Source of the DNA: Verrucomicrobiota bacterium
GTDB taxonomy: Bacteria > Verrucomicrobiota > Verrucomicrobiia > Limisphaerales > UBA11358
Length of the DNA stretch: 64,000 nt
NCBI GenBank assembly: GCA_050010435.1
Contig: JBEKKZ010000005.1
Coordinates: 45,544-109,543, forward strand
Direction of reading: 5' to 3'
Part shown: positions 19,109-28,015 of the stretch, piece by piece
Layout of the letters: each line of letters opens with the position of its first letter
Numbering within the stretch: the stretch's first letter is position 1
The notes under the pieces: generated by a model
The model's database searches: none
The model's input: only the letters and a program-made list of their open reading frames with translations
What the model was told of the DNA's origin: nothing
Made by a program: the position numbers and the translations under genes

Positions 19109-19252
19109 ACGTCTTTAGTGCTAAATGTTGCGTTGGCTGGCACAAATGGCCAATCACCGGCGCTGACACTAATTGCGGGCGCGTGGTTCGGCAATAAAAA
19201 TTGAATCGCAATTCCATTTTGCGCGGATAAATTTCCACACGTTCGTGAATGA

Positions 19253-20059
19253 ATGAAGAAATACTGGCACGTCATCGGCATCGGGATCCAGAACAACCTG
19301 ACGTATCGCGTCAATTACCTGGCGCGAACGCTGTTCAGCTTCATCCCGCTGTTCGCCATGCTGTCGCTCTGGCGCACGATTTACGCCGGGAAAGAGCAGG
19401 GGAGCGCGCTCGGCGGTTACACCCAGGTGCAGATGATTTTTTACTACCTCCTCGTCGCCGTGGTGGACGTGCTGACGGCCGTTAACGAAGACGACTGGCA
19501 GATCGCCGCCGACATCCGCGAAGGCAACATCAGCCAGTTCCTGCTCAAACCGATTGATTATCTGTGGTACCGGCTGTGTCTGTTTTTTTCCGGGCGCATC
19601 GCGTTCATCTCCATGGCGTGTGTGCCGCTGGCGGTTTTTATTTTCTGCTTCCGGGATTATGTGGTTTTGCCGGCCAGCGGGGCGGCGCTGCCCGCCTTTG
19701 TGATTTCGCTCGTGTTGACGGCGCTGCTGCAATTCTTTATTTCCTACACCATGGCCATGCTGGCGTTCTGGCTGCTGGAAATTTCCACGTTCATCTTCAT
19801 CCTGTTCGCCTTCGAATTCCTGGCCAGCGGCCATTTGTTCCCGCTTGACCTGTTGCCGCCCGTGATCGGCCACGCGCTTTTTTTCACGCCGTTTCCGTCC
19901 ATGCTTTACGTTCCTGTTGCCATTTACATGGGCAAAATCGCCGGGGCCGGCATCTGGCACGGCTTGCTCATGCAATTGATGTGGTTGCTGTTCGCGTATG
20001 CACTCGCACGGTTCGCGTGGCGGCGCGGCATCAAAAAATACGCCGCGTTTGGAGGCTAA
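19253..20059 (+). CDS. ABC-2 family transporter permease
   Basis: 268 aa, 6 predicted TM helices. N-terminus MKKYWHVIGIGIQNNLTYRVNYLARTLFSF...LWRTIYAG resembles ABC-2 (COG4587-type) permeases. No ATPase gene in the window. Confidence 0.7.
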   Translation: MKKYWHVIGIGIQNNLTYRVNYLARTLFSFIPLFAMLSLWRTIYAGKEQGSALGGYTQVQMIFYYLLVAVVDVLTAVNEDDWQIAADIREGNISQFLLKPIDYLWYRLCLFFSGRIAFISMACVPLAVFIFCFRDYVVLPASGAALPAFVISLVLTALLQFFISYTMAMLAFWLLEISTFIFILFAFEFLASGHLFPLDLLPPVIGHALFFTPFPSMLYVPVAIYMGKIAGAGIWHGLLMQLMWLLFAYALARFAWRRGIKKYAAFGG

Positions 20060-20061
20060 TA

Positions 20062-20937
20062 ATGAGTCGAGAGTCGAGAGTCGAGAGTCGAGAGCAAAGG
20101 TCGCCGAGCGCCGAGGGAAAAGCCCTCGACCCTCGACCCTCGACCCTCGTCCGCTATAGCGCCATTTACACTGCGTTGTGGAAGACGTCCGTGACGCGCG
20201 AAATGTCGTTCAAGGGCAACTTTCTCCTTTGGATTGTCGTCGAGCTGGCCTGGTTCGGACTGCAACTCGCCTTCGTCGGGGTGATTTTCAGCCAGACCAC
20301 CACCGTCGGCACGTGGACGGTGTGGCAGGTGGTGCTGCTCACCGGCACGAGCAATTTCATCCAGGAAATTTACCAGGCGTTCTTTCTCGTGAACTGCACG
20401 AACCTCTCCGAACTCGTCCGCACGGGCAAGATGGATTTCCTGCTGCTGCTGCCGGTCAACACACGGTTCATCGTTTCGACGCGGCAGGTGGACCTGCCGT
20501 CGTTTGCCAACGCGGCGTTCGCCGTCTGCGTGATGGGTTTCGCGGCGGGAAAATTGAATTTGCACCCGACGGTCGTTCAGTTCCTCGGCTTTGGCGCGTT
20601 GTGCGCCGTCGGGCTTTTGGTGCATTATTCGCTCATGTTCATGCTCGCCTCGGTGAGCTTTTGGACGGTGCGCGCGCAAGGCATCGTGTGGGGCTACTAC
20701 AGTCTGTTCAACATCGCGCGGATGCCGGACGAGGCGTTTCGCGGCGCGTTCAAGGCCGTGTTCACCTTCGCGCTGCCCGTGCTGCTCGTGTCCAACGTGC
20801 CCGTGCGCGTGCTGGCGGACAAATTGACTTCGCCCACCATGTGGTTGGTGCTGATCGGTTTGGGTGTCGTCTGGGCGCTCATTTCCGAATGGTTCTGGCA
20901 GTTCTCCATCCGCCGTTACACCAGCGCGAGCTCGTGA
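20062..20937 (+). CDS. ABC-2 family transporter permease (second subunit)
   Basis: ATG 20062 lies 2 nt after the previous stop. Polytopic body YSAIYTALWKTSVTREMSFKGNFLLWIVVELAWFGLQLAF (COG3694-like). Codons 2-30 are encoded by a heptamer-periodic hairpin. Confidence 0.7.
   Translation: MSRESRVESREQRSPSAEGKALDPRPSTLVRYSAIYTALWKTSVTREMSFKGNFLLWIVVELAWFGLQLAFVGVIFSQTTTVGTWTVWQVVLLTGTSNFIQEIYQAFFLVNCTNLSELVRTGKMDFLLLLPVNTRFIVSTRQVDLPSFANAAFAVCVMGFAAGKLNLHPTVVQFLGFGALCAVGLLVHYSLMFMLASVSFWTVRAQGIVWGYYSLFNIARMPDEAFRGAFKAVFTFALPVLLVSNVPVRVLADKLTSPTMWLVLIGLGVVWALISEWFWQFSIRRYTSASS
20064..20149. repeat. Hairpin built from tandem heptamers, inside the first 30 codons of the permease gene
   Basis: (GAGTCGA)x4 at 20064-20091, 31-nt loop, (CCCTCGA)x3+CCCTCG at 20123-20149. 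The arms pair with one A.C mismatch every 7 bp. Confidence 0.85.
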
Positions 20938-20943
20938 GGAAAA

Positions 20944-20975
20944 AGTTGAGGGTTGAGAGTTGAAGGTTGAGAGTA
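20944..20975 (+). repeat. Tandem heptamer array (GTTGAGR)x4
   Basis: gttgagg gttgaga gttgaag gttgaga immediately after the permease stop; no inverted partner seen. Confidence 0.75.
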
Positions 20976-20983
20976 AAATGGCA

Positions 20984-21047
20984 TTCGGCAGAAAACCGCA
21001 CTACTCAAATTCCCTGGATCGTTCGGCGGTTTGCCGACCGCCGCTAC
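20984..21047 (+). repeat. Family G repeat, copy G2 (left GTAG arm truncated)
   Basis: TTCGGCAGAAAACCGCAC ... CGGCGGTTTGCCGACCGCCGCTAC aligns with G1 8289-8353. Confidence 0.7.
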
Positions 21048-21105
21048 TAACGCGCATTCCAAAATTAAAATTGTCTTCGCTCCCTTCAATTTTTATTTTG
21101 AGCCC

Positions 21106-21897
21106 ATGAAAAGAATCTCCTCGTTAATGCTTTCCGTTGCCGCGTTATTTGTTTTTTCAACCGCAACCGGATCGTTTGCGCAAAACACGAATGAAACCGG
21201 CACAAATACCTCATCGGTCCAGGTCGCCAACGAGGTCGTCCAAAACACCGCCATCATTCCGGCGCCGCGCGATGAAAAATGGATGGCCCAACACGCAGGT
21301 TTTGTGCAGGAGGCGCGAAAGGGCGGCATTAATATTTTGTTCCTTGGAGATTCCATCACGGACGGATGGCGCAATAAAGGTTTGAACGTCTGGAACAAGT
21401 ATTACGCGCCGCGACACGCCGCCAACTTTGGCATCAGCGCTGACCGCACCCAGCACGTCCTCTGGCGCCTGGATCACGGCGAACTCGACGGCATCAAGCC
21501 CAAGGTCGTCGTGCTCATGATCGGCACCAACAACACCGGCAAGGAAAATGACACCGGCAAAATCCGCAACACCATCCCCGAAACCATCAAGGGCGTGCAG
21601 GCGGTCGTCAAAGAATTGCGCGTGAAACTGCCGGACAGCAAAATTTTGCTCCTGGCCATTTTCCCGCGCGGGACGCTGGACAATCCGCAACGCGCCCAGG
21701 TTGCCTTGATCAACACCGTCATCGCCAAGCTCGACGACAGCAAGACGGTGAAGTTCCTCGACATTGGCCCAAAATTTCTGGAATTCGACGGCACGCTGCC
21801 CAAGAGCATCATGCCGGATTTGCTGCATCCCAACGCCCAAGGCTATCAAATCTGGGCCGACGCCATGGAACCGGCGCTGGATGAAATGTTGAAGTAG
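21106..21897 (+). CDS. SGNH/GDSL hydrolase, secreted
   Basis: Signal peptide MKRISSLMLSVAALFVFSTATGSFA; block I FLGDSITDGW, block III MIGTNN, block V DLLHPNAQGY. Start trimmed to ATG 21106. Confidence 0.8.
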   Translation: MKRISSLMLSVAALFVFSTATGSFAQNTNETGTNTSSVQVANEVVQNTAIIPAPRDEKWMAQHAGFVQEARKGGINILFLGDSITDGWRNKGLNVWNKYYAPRHAANFGISADRTQHVLWRLDHGELDGIKPKVVVLMIGTNNTGKENDTGKIRNTIPETIKGVQAVVKELRVKLPDSKILLLAIFPRGTLDNPQRAQVALINTVIAKLDDSKTVKFLDIGPKFLEFDGTLPKSIMPDLLHPNAQGYQIWADAMEPALDEMLK

Positions 21898-22232
21898 ATT
21901 GCCCTGCAGCGATGGTCTGTCTCGAAAGCTTTTGGGTCTGTGACCGCCACCAACCAAACACTGCGACGCTCATAGAACGCCGGTACAAAGCTTCCGTCGG
22001 GTGTTACAATTATTGAAATAGCTATTACACAAATTGTTCATTTTTGTGAAAGACGTCGGTCATGGAATTGTGACATTTGGGGTTCGACGGCGCAGAATGG
22101 AAACTTTGAACAGCAGGCAACCAAGGGAACGGAGAAGTGAAGGTTGTTTCCAACCTTTGTTTCCTTGGTTTGCTTCTGTAGAAACCCCGCTGTTTCTCCA
22201 GAATAAATCAATACCGCCGGCGTCCGAATCGG

Positions 22233-23699
22233 CTATTCGTTGTGCGGAATCTTGATCGTGCTCCCGCCGATGAATTCCCGGATCACGGCGTCGCCCGGGA
22301 TGAGGTCACCGGTTGAAATTTGTTTCTTCGTGAAACCTTCCACCGATTCGAGCAGCGTTTTTACCCGGTCGTAACGGATGCGGGCGTCGAGAAAACCCGC
22401 GTAAGGCGCGAAATCCTCCGGCTTGGGCAGCAGACCGTTTTCCCCGATGAAGAACGGCTTGAGCGCGGACAAATCGAAGGGGAACCCGCCGTTGATGATG
22501 TGATCACCCAGCCCCATGAGCGGAATGATGCTGAACAGCTCTCCGTAACGCACGTAATGCCAGTGCAAAATCGTGCGCAGCGCGCTGTGGTTGCGGTGGC
22601 GCGCGTCACGCAACATGCGCCGGATGAGACGCACGTCGGTGAACTGCGTGAGCCGGTTCGTGCTCCCGTCGCCTTCGTACAACACGTTCAGCGTTTCGAT
22701 GTAGAGACGGAATTGCGCGGAGGCATCCATCCCTTCGGTGATGGGCGGGTAAAACCCGTGCAGACAATCCAGCAAAAGAATCTGGTCCGGCTCAAGCCTC
22801 ACCTGCTTGGTGGCCACGCGCCGGCCTTCCTTGAAACTGTAAATCGGTTTTTCAACCGTCTGCCCCTCGAGCAGCGCCCGGAGGTGCTGATTCAACAACT
22901 GAATGTCCAGCGCTTCCGGCGTCTCGTAATTCCGGTCATTGATCCAGTCGGTCGGATGCTCGACCAGCGACCAGAAATAGTCGTCGAGATTGAGCATCAA
23001 AAAACGCAGGCCCTGTTTTTCGAGCCGCTGCGTCAACTTGACTGTCGTGGTCGTCTTGCCGGAGGAACTCGGACCGCTCACCCACATCATCCGCAAACGG
23101 TTGCCGGCGTTGTTCAGGCGGGACAAAACCTTCCTCGCGGCCTCGTCCAGCGACGCCTCATAAACCGCCAGCGACGCGGCGATCACCTCCTTGATGCGCC
23201 CGCTGCGGACCGCCTCATTGAGGCCGGCCACCGTGTCCACGCCCTGTTTGCGATTCCAGTCGAGGATTTGCCCCATGCGCTCGCGCGGAAAGCCGTTGCC
23301 CGCGAAATGCTCCTGCGAAATCGCTCCTTCACGCAGCCAATGCCGCCCCCAGCGATAACATTCGTAGGCATCGGCGGTGTTCTGGAAACCGTAGCTGCGC
23401 AGCGCGTGCAACACCTCGTCCTGGATGGTCTCGATCGGCGGCGGAAAATTCGAAATCAGGTGATGCGGGTCGGAGTTGAGACAGACAATGGCCGCGTCCG
23501 CCAGAAAGCTCGCGATGTTTTCATCCGAACCCTGCGCGCTGAAAATCTTGTCGTTCACGCCCGGTAGAAAATCCGTCCGAAAACCACCGATGGACTCCGC
23601 GGCGCGCAAGATGACCTTGCAGATGCGGTCCGAATCGAATTTGACCAGCGCCCGGTTGCGCTTCTGAACTTTGACAATGCGATTCTGAACTGGCATCAC
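22233..23699 (-). CDS. ATP-cone domain fused to a uridine-kinase/PRK-like P-loop kinase
   Basis: 488 aa. N-terminus VKVQKRNRALVKFDSDRICKVILRA resembles an ATP-cone. Walker A VSGPSSSGKTTT; C-terminal region (IRRMLRDARHRNHSALRTILHWHYVRYGE) resembles the uridine kinase family. Confidence 0.65.
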   Translation of the reverse strand: MMPVQNRIVKVQKRNRALVKFDSDRICKVILRAAESIGGFRTDFLPGVNDKIFSAQGSDENIASFLADAAIVCLNSDPHHLISNFPPPIETIQDEVLHALRSYGFQNTADAYECYRWGRHWLREGAISQEHFAGNGFPRERMGQILDWNRKQGVDTVAGLNEAVRSGRIKEVIAASLAVYEASLDEAARKVLSRLNNAGNRLRMMWVSGPSSSGKTTTTVKLTQRLEKQGLRFLMLNLDDYFWSLVEHPTDWINDRNYETPEALDIQLLNQHLRALLEGQTVEKPIYSFKEGRRVATKQVRLEPDQILLLDCLHGFYPPITEGMDASAQFRLYIETLNVLYEGDGSTNRLTQFTDVRLIRRMLRDARHRNHSALRTILHWHYVRYGELFSIIPLMGLGDHIINGGFPFDLSALKPFFIGENGLLPKPEDFAPYAGFLDARIRYDRVKTLLESVEGFTKKQISTGDLIPGDAVIREFIGGSTIKIPHNE

Positions 23700-23916
23700 C
23701 GCGGATTATAATGCAGTCGCATCAAGTTACAAAGCCGTTTCAACGCAACTTTAAACGGAGCATGTTGCGGGGCGCGAGTGGTTCCAACTCGCAGCGGGTC
23801 GGCTGCGGTGGGGGCGTTCCCAAAATATCGGTGTATGGTTGGCGTTTGCGGGTGCTGCGGTTTGGGACAAACCGCGGTCCGCTCCAGCAAAACACTTTTG
23901 GGAATTAGCCGGTCGC

Positions 23917-24663
23917 CTACCAGGCGGGCAACTTTTGGGTGGAAGTATTGGTGGAAGTGCCTGGCGCTTTTGGGGTGGAAGTGCCGGACGCCTTTTGGGG
24001 GGCAGGCTGGGTGACGACCGACTTGAGCGGCTTTGGCCGGGGCACTTCCTTGTAGTCGCGCGGAACTCCAAACAGTGAAGCGTCCAGCGGCCCTTCCTTG
24101 GCCGAAATCAGGGCCAGCGTGATCGTCTGGCCGCCGCCGGTGACTTGTGACCTTACCACCATGCCCGGCAACGCGCTCAACGCGGGAGTCATATCCGTGT
24201 CCGCGCCGGGGGTTTTGTCCAGCACGGCGTAGTCGGCCCGGATCCGGGCGTAATCCGGATAATTTTTGGCCACCCAGACCGTCCCGGTGATGCCGCGGTT
24301 ATTCGTCCACGTATAAAGTTCCGTATCGTAGTCGCCCACTTTCTGGGTTTTGCCCGTGGCGCGTGGCACGGGCGCCCGGGAGGCGGTGCCCGACGACTTG
24401 GCTGGCTTCATCGGCTGGCCGGGCGATTTCAAATACAGTTTCTGGCTGTGCAAAAGGTTGATGATTTCGCCCGTGTTCAAATCCGTGATGGTGCTCAAGG
24501 CCTGCGGCTGGCCGGCATACATGTCCATGCGGATCTTGGTGCCCTTGATCTTTATTGCGGCCACCTCGTTGTAGTTCGGGGAGACGATTTGCTGTTGCGT
24601 GACCAGATCGGCCCGCGCACCGGCGGCGCAAACCAGCGCGAGGGAAATAAAAATTTGTTTCAT
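23917..24663 (-). CDS. Secreted hypothetical protein (possibly DUF4412-like)
   Basis: Signal peptide MKQIFISLALVCAAGARA, beta-rich body, Ser/Thr/Pro-rich tail KASGTSTPKAPGTSTNTST. Start trimmed to ATG 24663. The family assignment is weak. Confidence 0.6.
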   Translation of the reverse strand: MKQIFISLALVCAAGARADLVTQQQIVSPNYNEVAAIKIKGTKIRMDMYAGQPQALSTITDLNTGEIINLLHSQKLYLKSPGQPMKPAKSSGTASRAPVPRATGKTQKVGDYDTELYTWTNNRGITGTVWVAKNYPDYARIRADYAVLDKTPGADTDMTPALSALPGMVVRSQVTGGGQTITLALISAKEGPLDASLFGVPRDYKEVPRPKPLKSVVTQPAPQKASGTSTPKAPGTSTNTSTQKLPAW

Positions 24664-24718
24664 GGCAGCGCGATAATCCTTCCGGCCTTCGTGGAAGAAA
24701 AGCAAAAAACATGAGGTT

Positions 24719-24781
24719 GTACGTCGAGCCTGTGGCTCGATAAATCGTTCAGATAAAACCGGCGCACAGCGCCGACGTTAC
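24719..24781. repeat. REP-like doublet, family E, copy E1
   Basis: GTACGTCGAGCCTGTGGCTCGA ... GGCGCACAGCGCCGACGTTAC; matches E2 at 26546..26596. Confidence 0.8.
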
Positions 24782-24966
24782 AACGTCGAAGCGCTCGCGT
24801 CAGCAGTTTACTCTTGGCTCTGCAAATGCTTTATCCCAGCCAAGCTTATTATGCGAACCGACGATAAGAGGCAAATAGCACAAGATCATGGCAGGGAATG
24901 TCTGAATTCCGGACATGGCCGGGCTTCAGAAGGCAGCACTGTCGCCATCATGCAAAAGGGGGTTGC

Positions 24967-25842
24967 ATGAGTTTCAGTTTCCCACAAGTCATGGGATTCA
25001 TAACCGGCGCGCTGCAATTCAGCGTCGCCGGTTACGCCCTGCGACTAAACCGGATCTTCGGGACGGCACGCGTGGGCTGGTCGCTGTTCTGGGCCTTTGC
25101 GCTTCTGGCACTGCTCCACTTGTTTCAATCCATTCCGTTGTTCAATTCCGGCGAACCGTTGGGGATCGAGATTGAGGTGATGTATTCGCTCATTTCGCTG
25201 CTGCTGCTGACCGGCATGGTTCACATCGAAACCTTGCTCAAAGAGCGTTTGCGGTTTGAGCGCGAGGAACGGCGTTTGCGGGCCGAATTGGAATCCGAAG
25301 TCAAAAAGAAAACGGCGTACCTGAGCCGGGCCATTGAGGAGCTGCAATCGGAAATTGACGGACGCAAACGAATGGAGACGGAGGTCGAGAAGACGCAGAA
25401 GGAACTCCTCGCCGCTTCCCGCCAGGCGGGAATGGTGGAGATAGCCGCCGGCGTGCTGCGCAACGTGGGCAATATTCTCAAGAACGCCGATGTCTCCGCC
25501 AGCCTGGTTTCCGACCAGGTGAAGCAATCCAAGATCGCCAATGTCGTCCATGTCGGCAACCTGATACGCGAACACGTGAAGGATCTGGGTGACTTCATGG
25601 CGCGCGATCCGAGGGGCCAAAAATTGCCGGAGTATATCGCGCAACTGGCCGAGCATCTGGCCAATGAACAAACCACCCTCTCAAGCGAACTGGATTCCCT
25701 CAGAAAGAACATTGAGGAAGCCGAAGCGGAGCAGGAAAGCTACACTAAACTCATGAGCAAGGATGACTTGGCAAAAGCCTCTGCCCCGGCCGACCACCCG
25801 CCAACCATGAATGGCGACACACCGGCGCTGCCGGACGTGTAA
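24967..25842 (+). CDS. Sensor-kinase-like membrane protein lacking a catalytic (HATPase) domain
   Basis: 3 TM helices, a coiled coil, then AGMVEIAAGVLRNVGNILKNADVS, which resembles the GVLHNVGN dimerisation/phosphoacceptor region of a histidine-kinase subfamily (from memory). The ORF ends about 110 aa later with no ATPase domain. Confidence 0.6.
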   Translation: MSFSFPQVMGFITGALQFSVAGYALRLNRIFGTARVGWSLFWAFALLALLHLFQSIPLFNSGEPLGIEIEVMYSLISLLLLTGMVHIETLLKERLRFEREERRLRAELESEVKKKTAYLSRAIEELQSEIDGRKRMETEVEKTQKELLAASRQAGMVEIAAGVLRNVGNILKNADVSASLVSDQVKQSKIANVVHVGNLIREHVKDLGDFMARDPRGQKLPEYIAQLAEHLANEQTTLSSELDSLRKNIEEAEAEQESYTKLMSKDDLAKASAPADHPPTMNGDTPALPDV

Positions 25843-26114
25843 ACTTCCAGCGAACACAAACCGCACATCCCCGAAATCACTGTGGAATCAGAACGGGTGC
25901 GAATTATCAATGCATCTCCAGGCGACATGAACTGGGCTGTCGCGTCGAGGCCGTGCCTCAAAAAATTGAGCCAAGCGAGTCGTCCGACCGGAGATTCATT
26001 CGATGTTGGATGCCCGCTCGCGCGACAGCGGAGTTGGGCGTTGGTTGCCTGCTCGCGATCTATCGGAGTTCGATGTTCCCCTTCTGCCGAACATCGCCCT
26101 GGCGCGCAACTCCG

Positions 26115-26471
26115 TCAGCGTGGTTCGTCGTCATGGTCCAACAATCGGGCGAAGTAAAAGCAGCCGGCCGCTACGAGGATTGAAACCGCCACGATGATTT
26201 CCGCCTGCGTGCCGGGCTGTTTCAGGTCATCGAACCACTCCTCAATTACCGGGCCCATTTTGCCGTAGAGCATTCCCATCTGCCGCGTCTGCGCCTTGTT
26301 GTATCCCAGCATGGAGAGGTCATCCGACACATCCGGAGAACGCGTCCCCAGCCAATAAACCAGGCCCGCGCTGCCAAGGCCCAGCACCAGCACGACGGTG
26401 CCGATGATCCTGAGCCGCGCCCGCCGCCGGGAGGATGAGTCCGGACTGGTTTTTTCGTCATTCACCGTCAT
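26115..26471 (-). CDS. Hypothetical two-TM membrane protein
   Basis: MTVNDEKTSPDSSSRRRARLRIIGTVVLVLGLGSAGLVYWL ... AEIIVAVSILVAAGCFYFARLL; start trimmed to ATG 26471. Confidence 0.55.
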   Translation of the reverse strand: MTVNDEKTSPDSSSRRRARLRIIGTVVLVLGLGSAGLVYWLGTRSPDVSDDLSMLGYNKAQTRQMGMLYGKMGPVIEEWFDDLKQPGTQAEIIVAVSILVAAGCFYFARLLDHDDEPR

Positions 26472-26545
26472 GGCGCAAAGCGTTCTACGCGTACCGTCAG
26501 GGAAACACAAGTCCGCCGGCGGGTGGGTAGTGTCCTAAATTTCGT

Positions 26546-26596
26546 GTAGCGTCGAGCCTGCGGCTCGACTAAATCGGCGCACAGCGCCGACACTAC
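26546..26596. repeat. REP-like doublet, family E, copy E2
   Basis: GTAGCGTCGAGCCTGCGGCTCGAC taaatc GGCGCACAGCGCCGACACTAC. Confidence 0.8.
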
Positions 26597-26660
26597 AACA
26601 AAATTAAGATACCGGCCGCCGGATTGCCATTTGAGCTTGAACCGGCAACACTGTTTGCCC

Positions 26661-26939
26661 ATGAAACACAATTCGTATTTTGACGGAAAAGTTCAAAGTC
26701 TGGCCGTGAACACATCGGAAGGCCCGGCCACGGTGGGCGTCATCGAGCCGGGCAAATACACCTTCAAGACCGACTCGGAAGAGCACATGCACGTCGTCGC
26801 CGGCACGTTGAAGGCGAAGCTTCCGGGCGCCGCGTGGCAGGCGTTTGCCAGGGGCCAGTCCTTTGTGGTCCCGGCGCATGCCTCTTTTGATGTTGAGGCC
26901 ACGGCCGACGTTGCCTACATCTGCCATTACAAAAAGTAG
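26661..26939 (+). CDS. ppnP: Pyrimidine/purine nucleoside phosphorylase PpnP (DUF1255/YaiE family)
   Basis: MKHNSYFDGKVQSLAVNTSEGPATVGVIEPGKYTFKTDSEEHMHVVAGTLKAKLPG... is typical of PpnP; start trimmed to ATG 26661. Confidence 0.8.
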   Translation: MKHNSYFDGKVQSLAVNTSEGPATVGVIEPGKYTFKTDSEEHMHVVAGTLKAKLPGAAWQAFARGQSFVVPAHASFDVEATADVAYICHYKK

Positions 26940-26942
26940 TTT

Positions 26943-26966
26943 GTAGCGGCGCTCTGTGAGCGCCGG
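26943..26966 (+). repeat. REP singlet, family D, copy D1
   Basis: GTAGCGGCGCTCTGTGAGCGCCGG (GTAG followed by a 7-bp stem). Confidence 0.8.
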
Positions 26967-26978
26967 ATGCTGGCAAGT

Positions 26979-27033
26979 GTGGCACAGACCTCTGGTCTGT
27001 GTTTTGGGTACACAGGCCGGAGGCCTGTGCCAC
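26979..27033. repeat. Palindromic doublet, family K (GTGGCACAG...CTGTGCCAC)
   Basis: GTGGCACAGACCTCTGGTCTGTG ttttgggta CACAGGCCGGAGGCCTGTGCCAC. Confidence 0.8.
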
Positions 27034-27039
27034 GAGAAG

Positions 27040-27129
27040 TCACGTCTTGGCGTTGAAAATGAATTGGCGCCACTCCGGCAACGCGCTCAACTGGTCGAGC
27101 ACAAATTCTTTGAAGAAGTCGTCAGCCAT
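27040..27129 (-). pseudogene. Truncated tfoX-like gene fragment (T1): 17 conserved N-terminal codons, then divergence and a stop
   Basis: Reads MADDFFKEFVLDQLSALPEWRQFIFNAKT*. The first 17 codons match the intact gene at 27733..27787, and the upstream region (27130-27385) parallels 27788-28040. Confidence 0.6.
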
Positions 27130-27302
27130 GATGCAAACGCGGGAGAAGAGTTAACGCAAAGTCGCGAATGGGGAGCACAGCTGCCCCGGCTGCGCCCGCC
27201 TGCGTGGCCGTAGCCACTTCGTCGCGGCGAAGGCCCGGGGCGGGCGCGCTCCCAAATCAAAAACGGGTCACAACCTTGCGGACTTGCGCATCCGCGCACC
27301 TT

Positions 27303-27374
27303 CGGAGCGCCGGCCTCCGGCCCGGCGAGTGTTGAGATTCCAGTAAAAACGCGCCGGATCGGAAATCGGCGCTC
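27303..27374. repeat. Palindromic element, family F, copy F1
   Basis: GGAGCGCCGGCCTCCGGCCCGGCG agtgttgagattccagtaaaaa CGCGCCGGATCGGAAATCGGCGCTCC. Confidence 0.85.
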
Positions 27375-27385
27375 CGCTGTTGCCA

Positions 27386-27787
27386 TCAAAGTCGGGGGCA
27401 GTGTGATGCGCTCCTTGCGGACTTGCGCGGGACGCGATTTGGCCGGGACAATTTGGGAGGCTTCTTGCTGCCGGCGGCGATTTGAATCGCACGGTTCGCC
27501 CATGCCACCAGCACTTCCCGGTTTTCCAGCACGTCCGGCGGCACTTCGTGATAACCCATCGTCATCACGCGTCCCTTCATCTCGTAGGTGAACGGTCCCA
27601 TGCCGTGTGCAATATAGTCAGCCTGTGATTGCGCGTCCGTTTTGAAAAACAGCCGGCCCTCGTCCAAAATCCCGAAGAAGCGTCCGCCGGAATACAATCC
27701 ATGCGCGCCGAACATCGCCCTGGCGCGCCCGTCCGGCAACGCGCTCAACTGGTCGAGCACAAACTCTTTGAACGATTCATCCGCCAT
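27386..27787 (-). CDS. TfoX N-terminal-domain protein
   Basis: MADESFKEFVLDQLSALPDGRARAMFGAHGLYSGGRFFGILDEGRLFFKTD... (TfoX_N pattern). The track ORF extension to 28147 runs through repeats and was trimmed to ATG 27787. Confidence 0.7.
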   Translation of the reverse strand: MADESFKEFVLDQLSALPDGRARAMFGAHGLYSGGRFFGILDEGRLFFKTDAQSQADYIAHGMGPFTYEMKGRVMTMGYHEVPPDVLENREVLVAWANRAIQIAAGSKKPPKLSRPNRVPRKSARSASHCPRL

Positions 27788-27936
27788 TGAAGCAAAAGAT
27801 TTAACGCAAAGAACGCGACCTGTCACGCCGTAGCCGAAAGCGAAGGAGGAAGGTGCAAAGTGCAAAGCAATGGCGGAAACCCTGGGAGCGCCGCCGTCCC
27901 GGCGGCGTGGGCCGGGCGCATCCGAACACTGCCCCC

Positions 27937-28015
27937 GGAGCGCCGGCCTCCGGCCCGGCGAGTGGCGAGTGTTGAGATTCCAGTAGAAACGCGCCGGATC
28001 GGAAATCGGCGCTCC
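27937..28015. repeat. Palindromic element, family F, copy F2
   Basis: GGAGCGCCGGCCTCCGGCCCGGCG agtggcgagtgttgagattccagtagaaa CGCGCCGGATCGGAAATCGGCGCTCC; near-identical to F1. Confidence 0.85.

Noticed and set aside
19981-21105. The upstream-extended starts given by the ORF track for the second ABC-2 permease (19981) and the SGNH hydrolase (21031).
   Set aside because: The extensions overlap the preceding gene or run through repeats. ATG 20062 (2 nt after the upstream stop) and ATG 21106 (followed by a signal peptide) are more plausible.
22117-22173. A nested hairpin (gcaaccaagggaac...AAGGTTGtttcCAACCTT...gtttccttggtttgc) in the 335-bp convergent spacer. I considered it as an sRNA or terminator.
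   Set aside because: No T-run on either strand, no second copy in the window and no recognisable RNA family. It was noted but not called.
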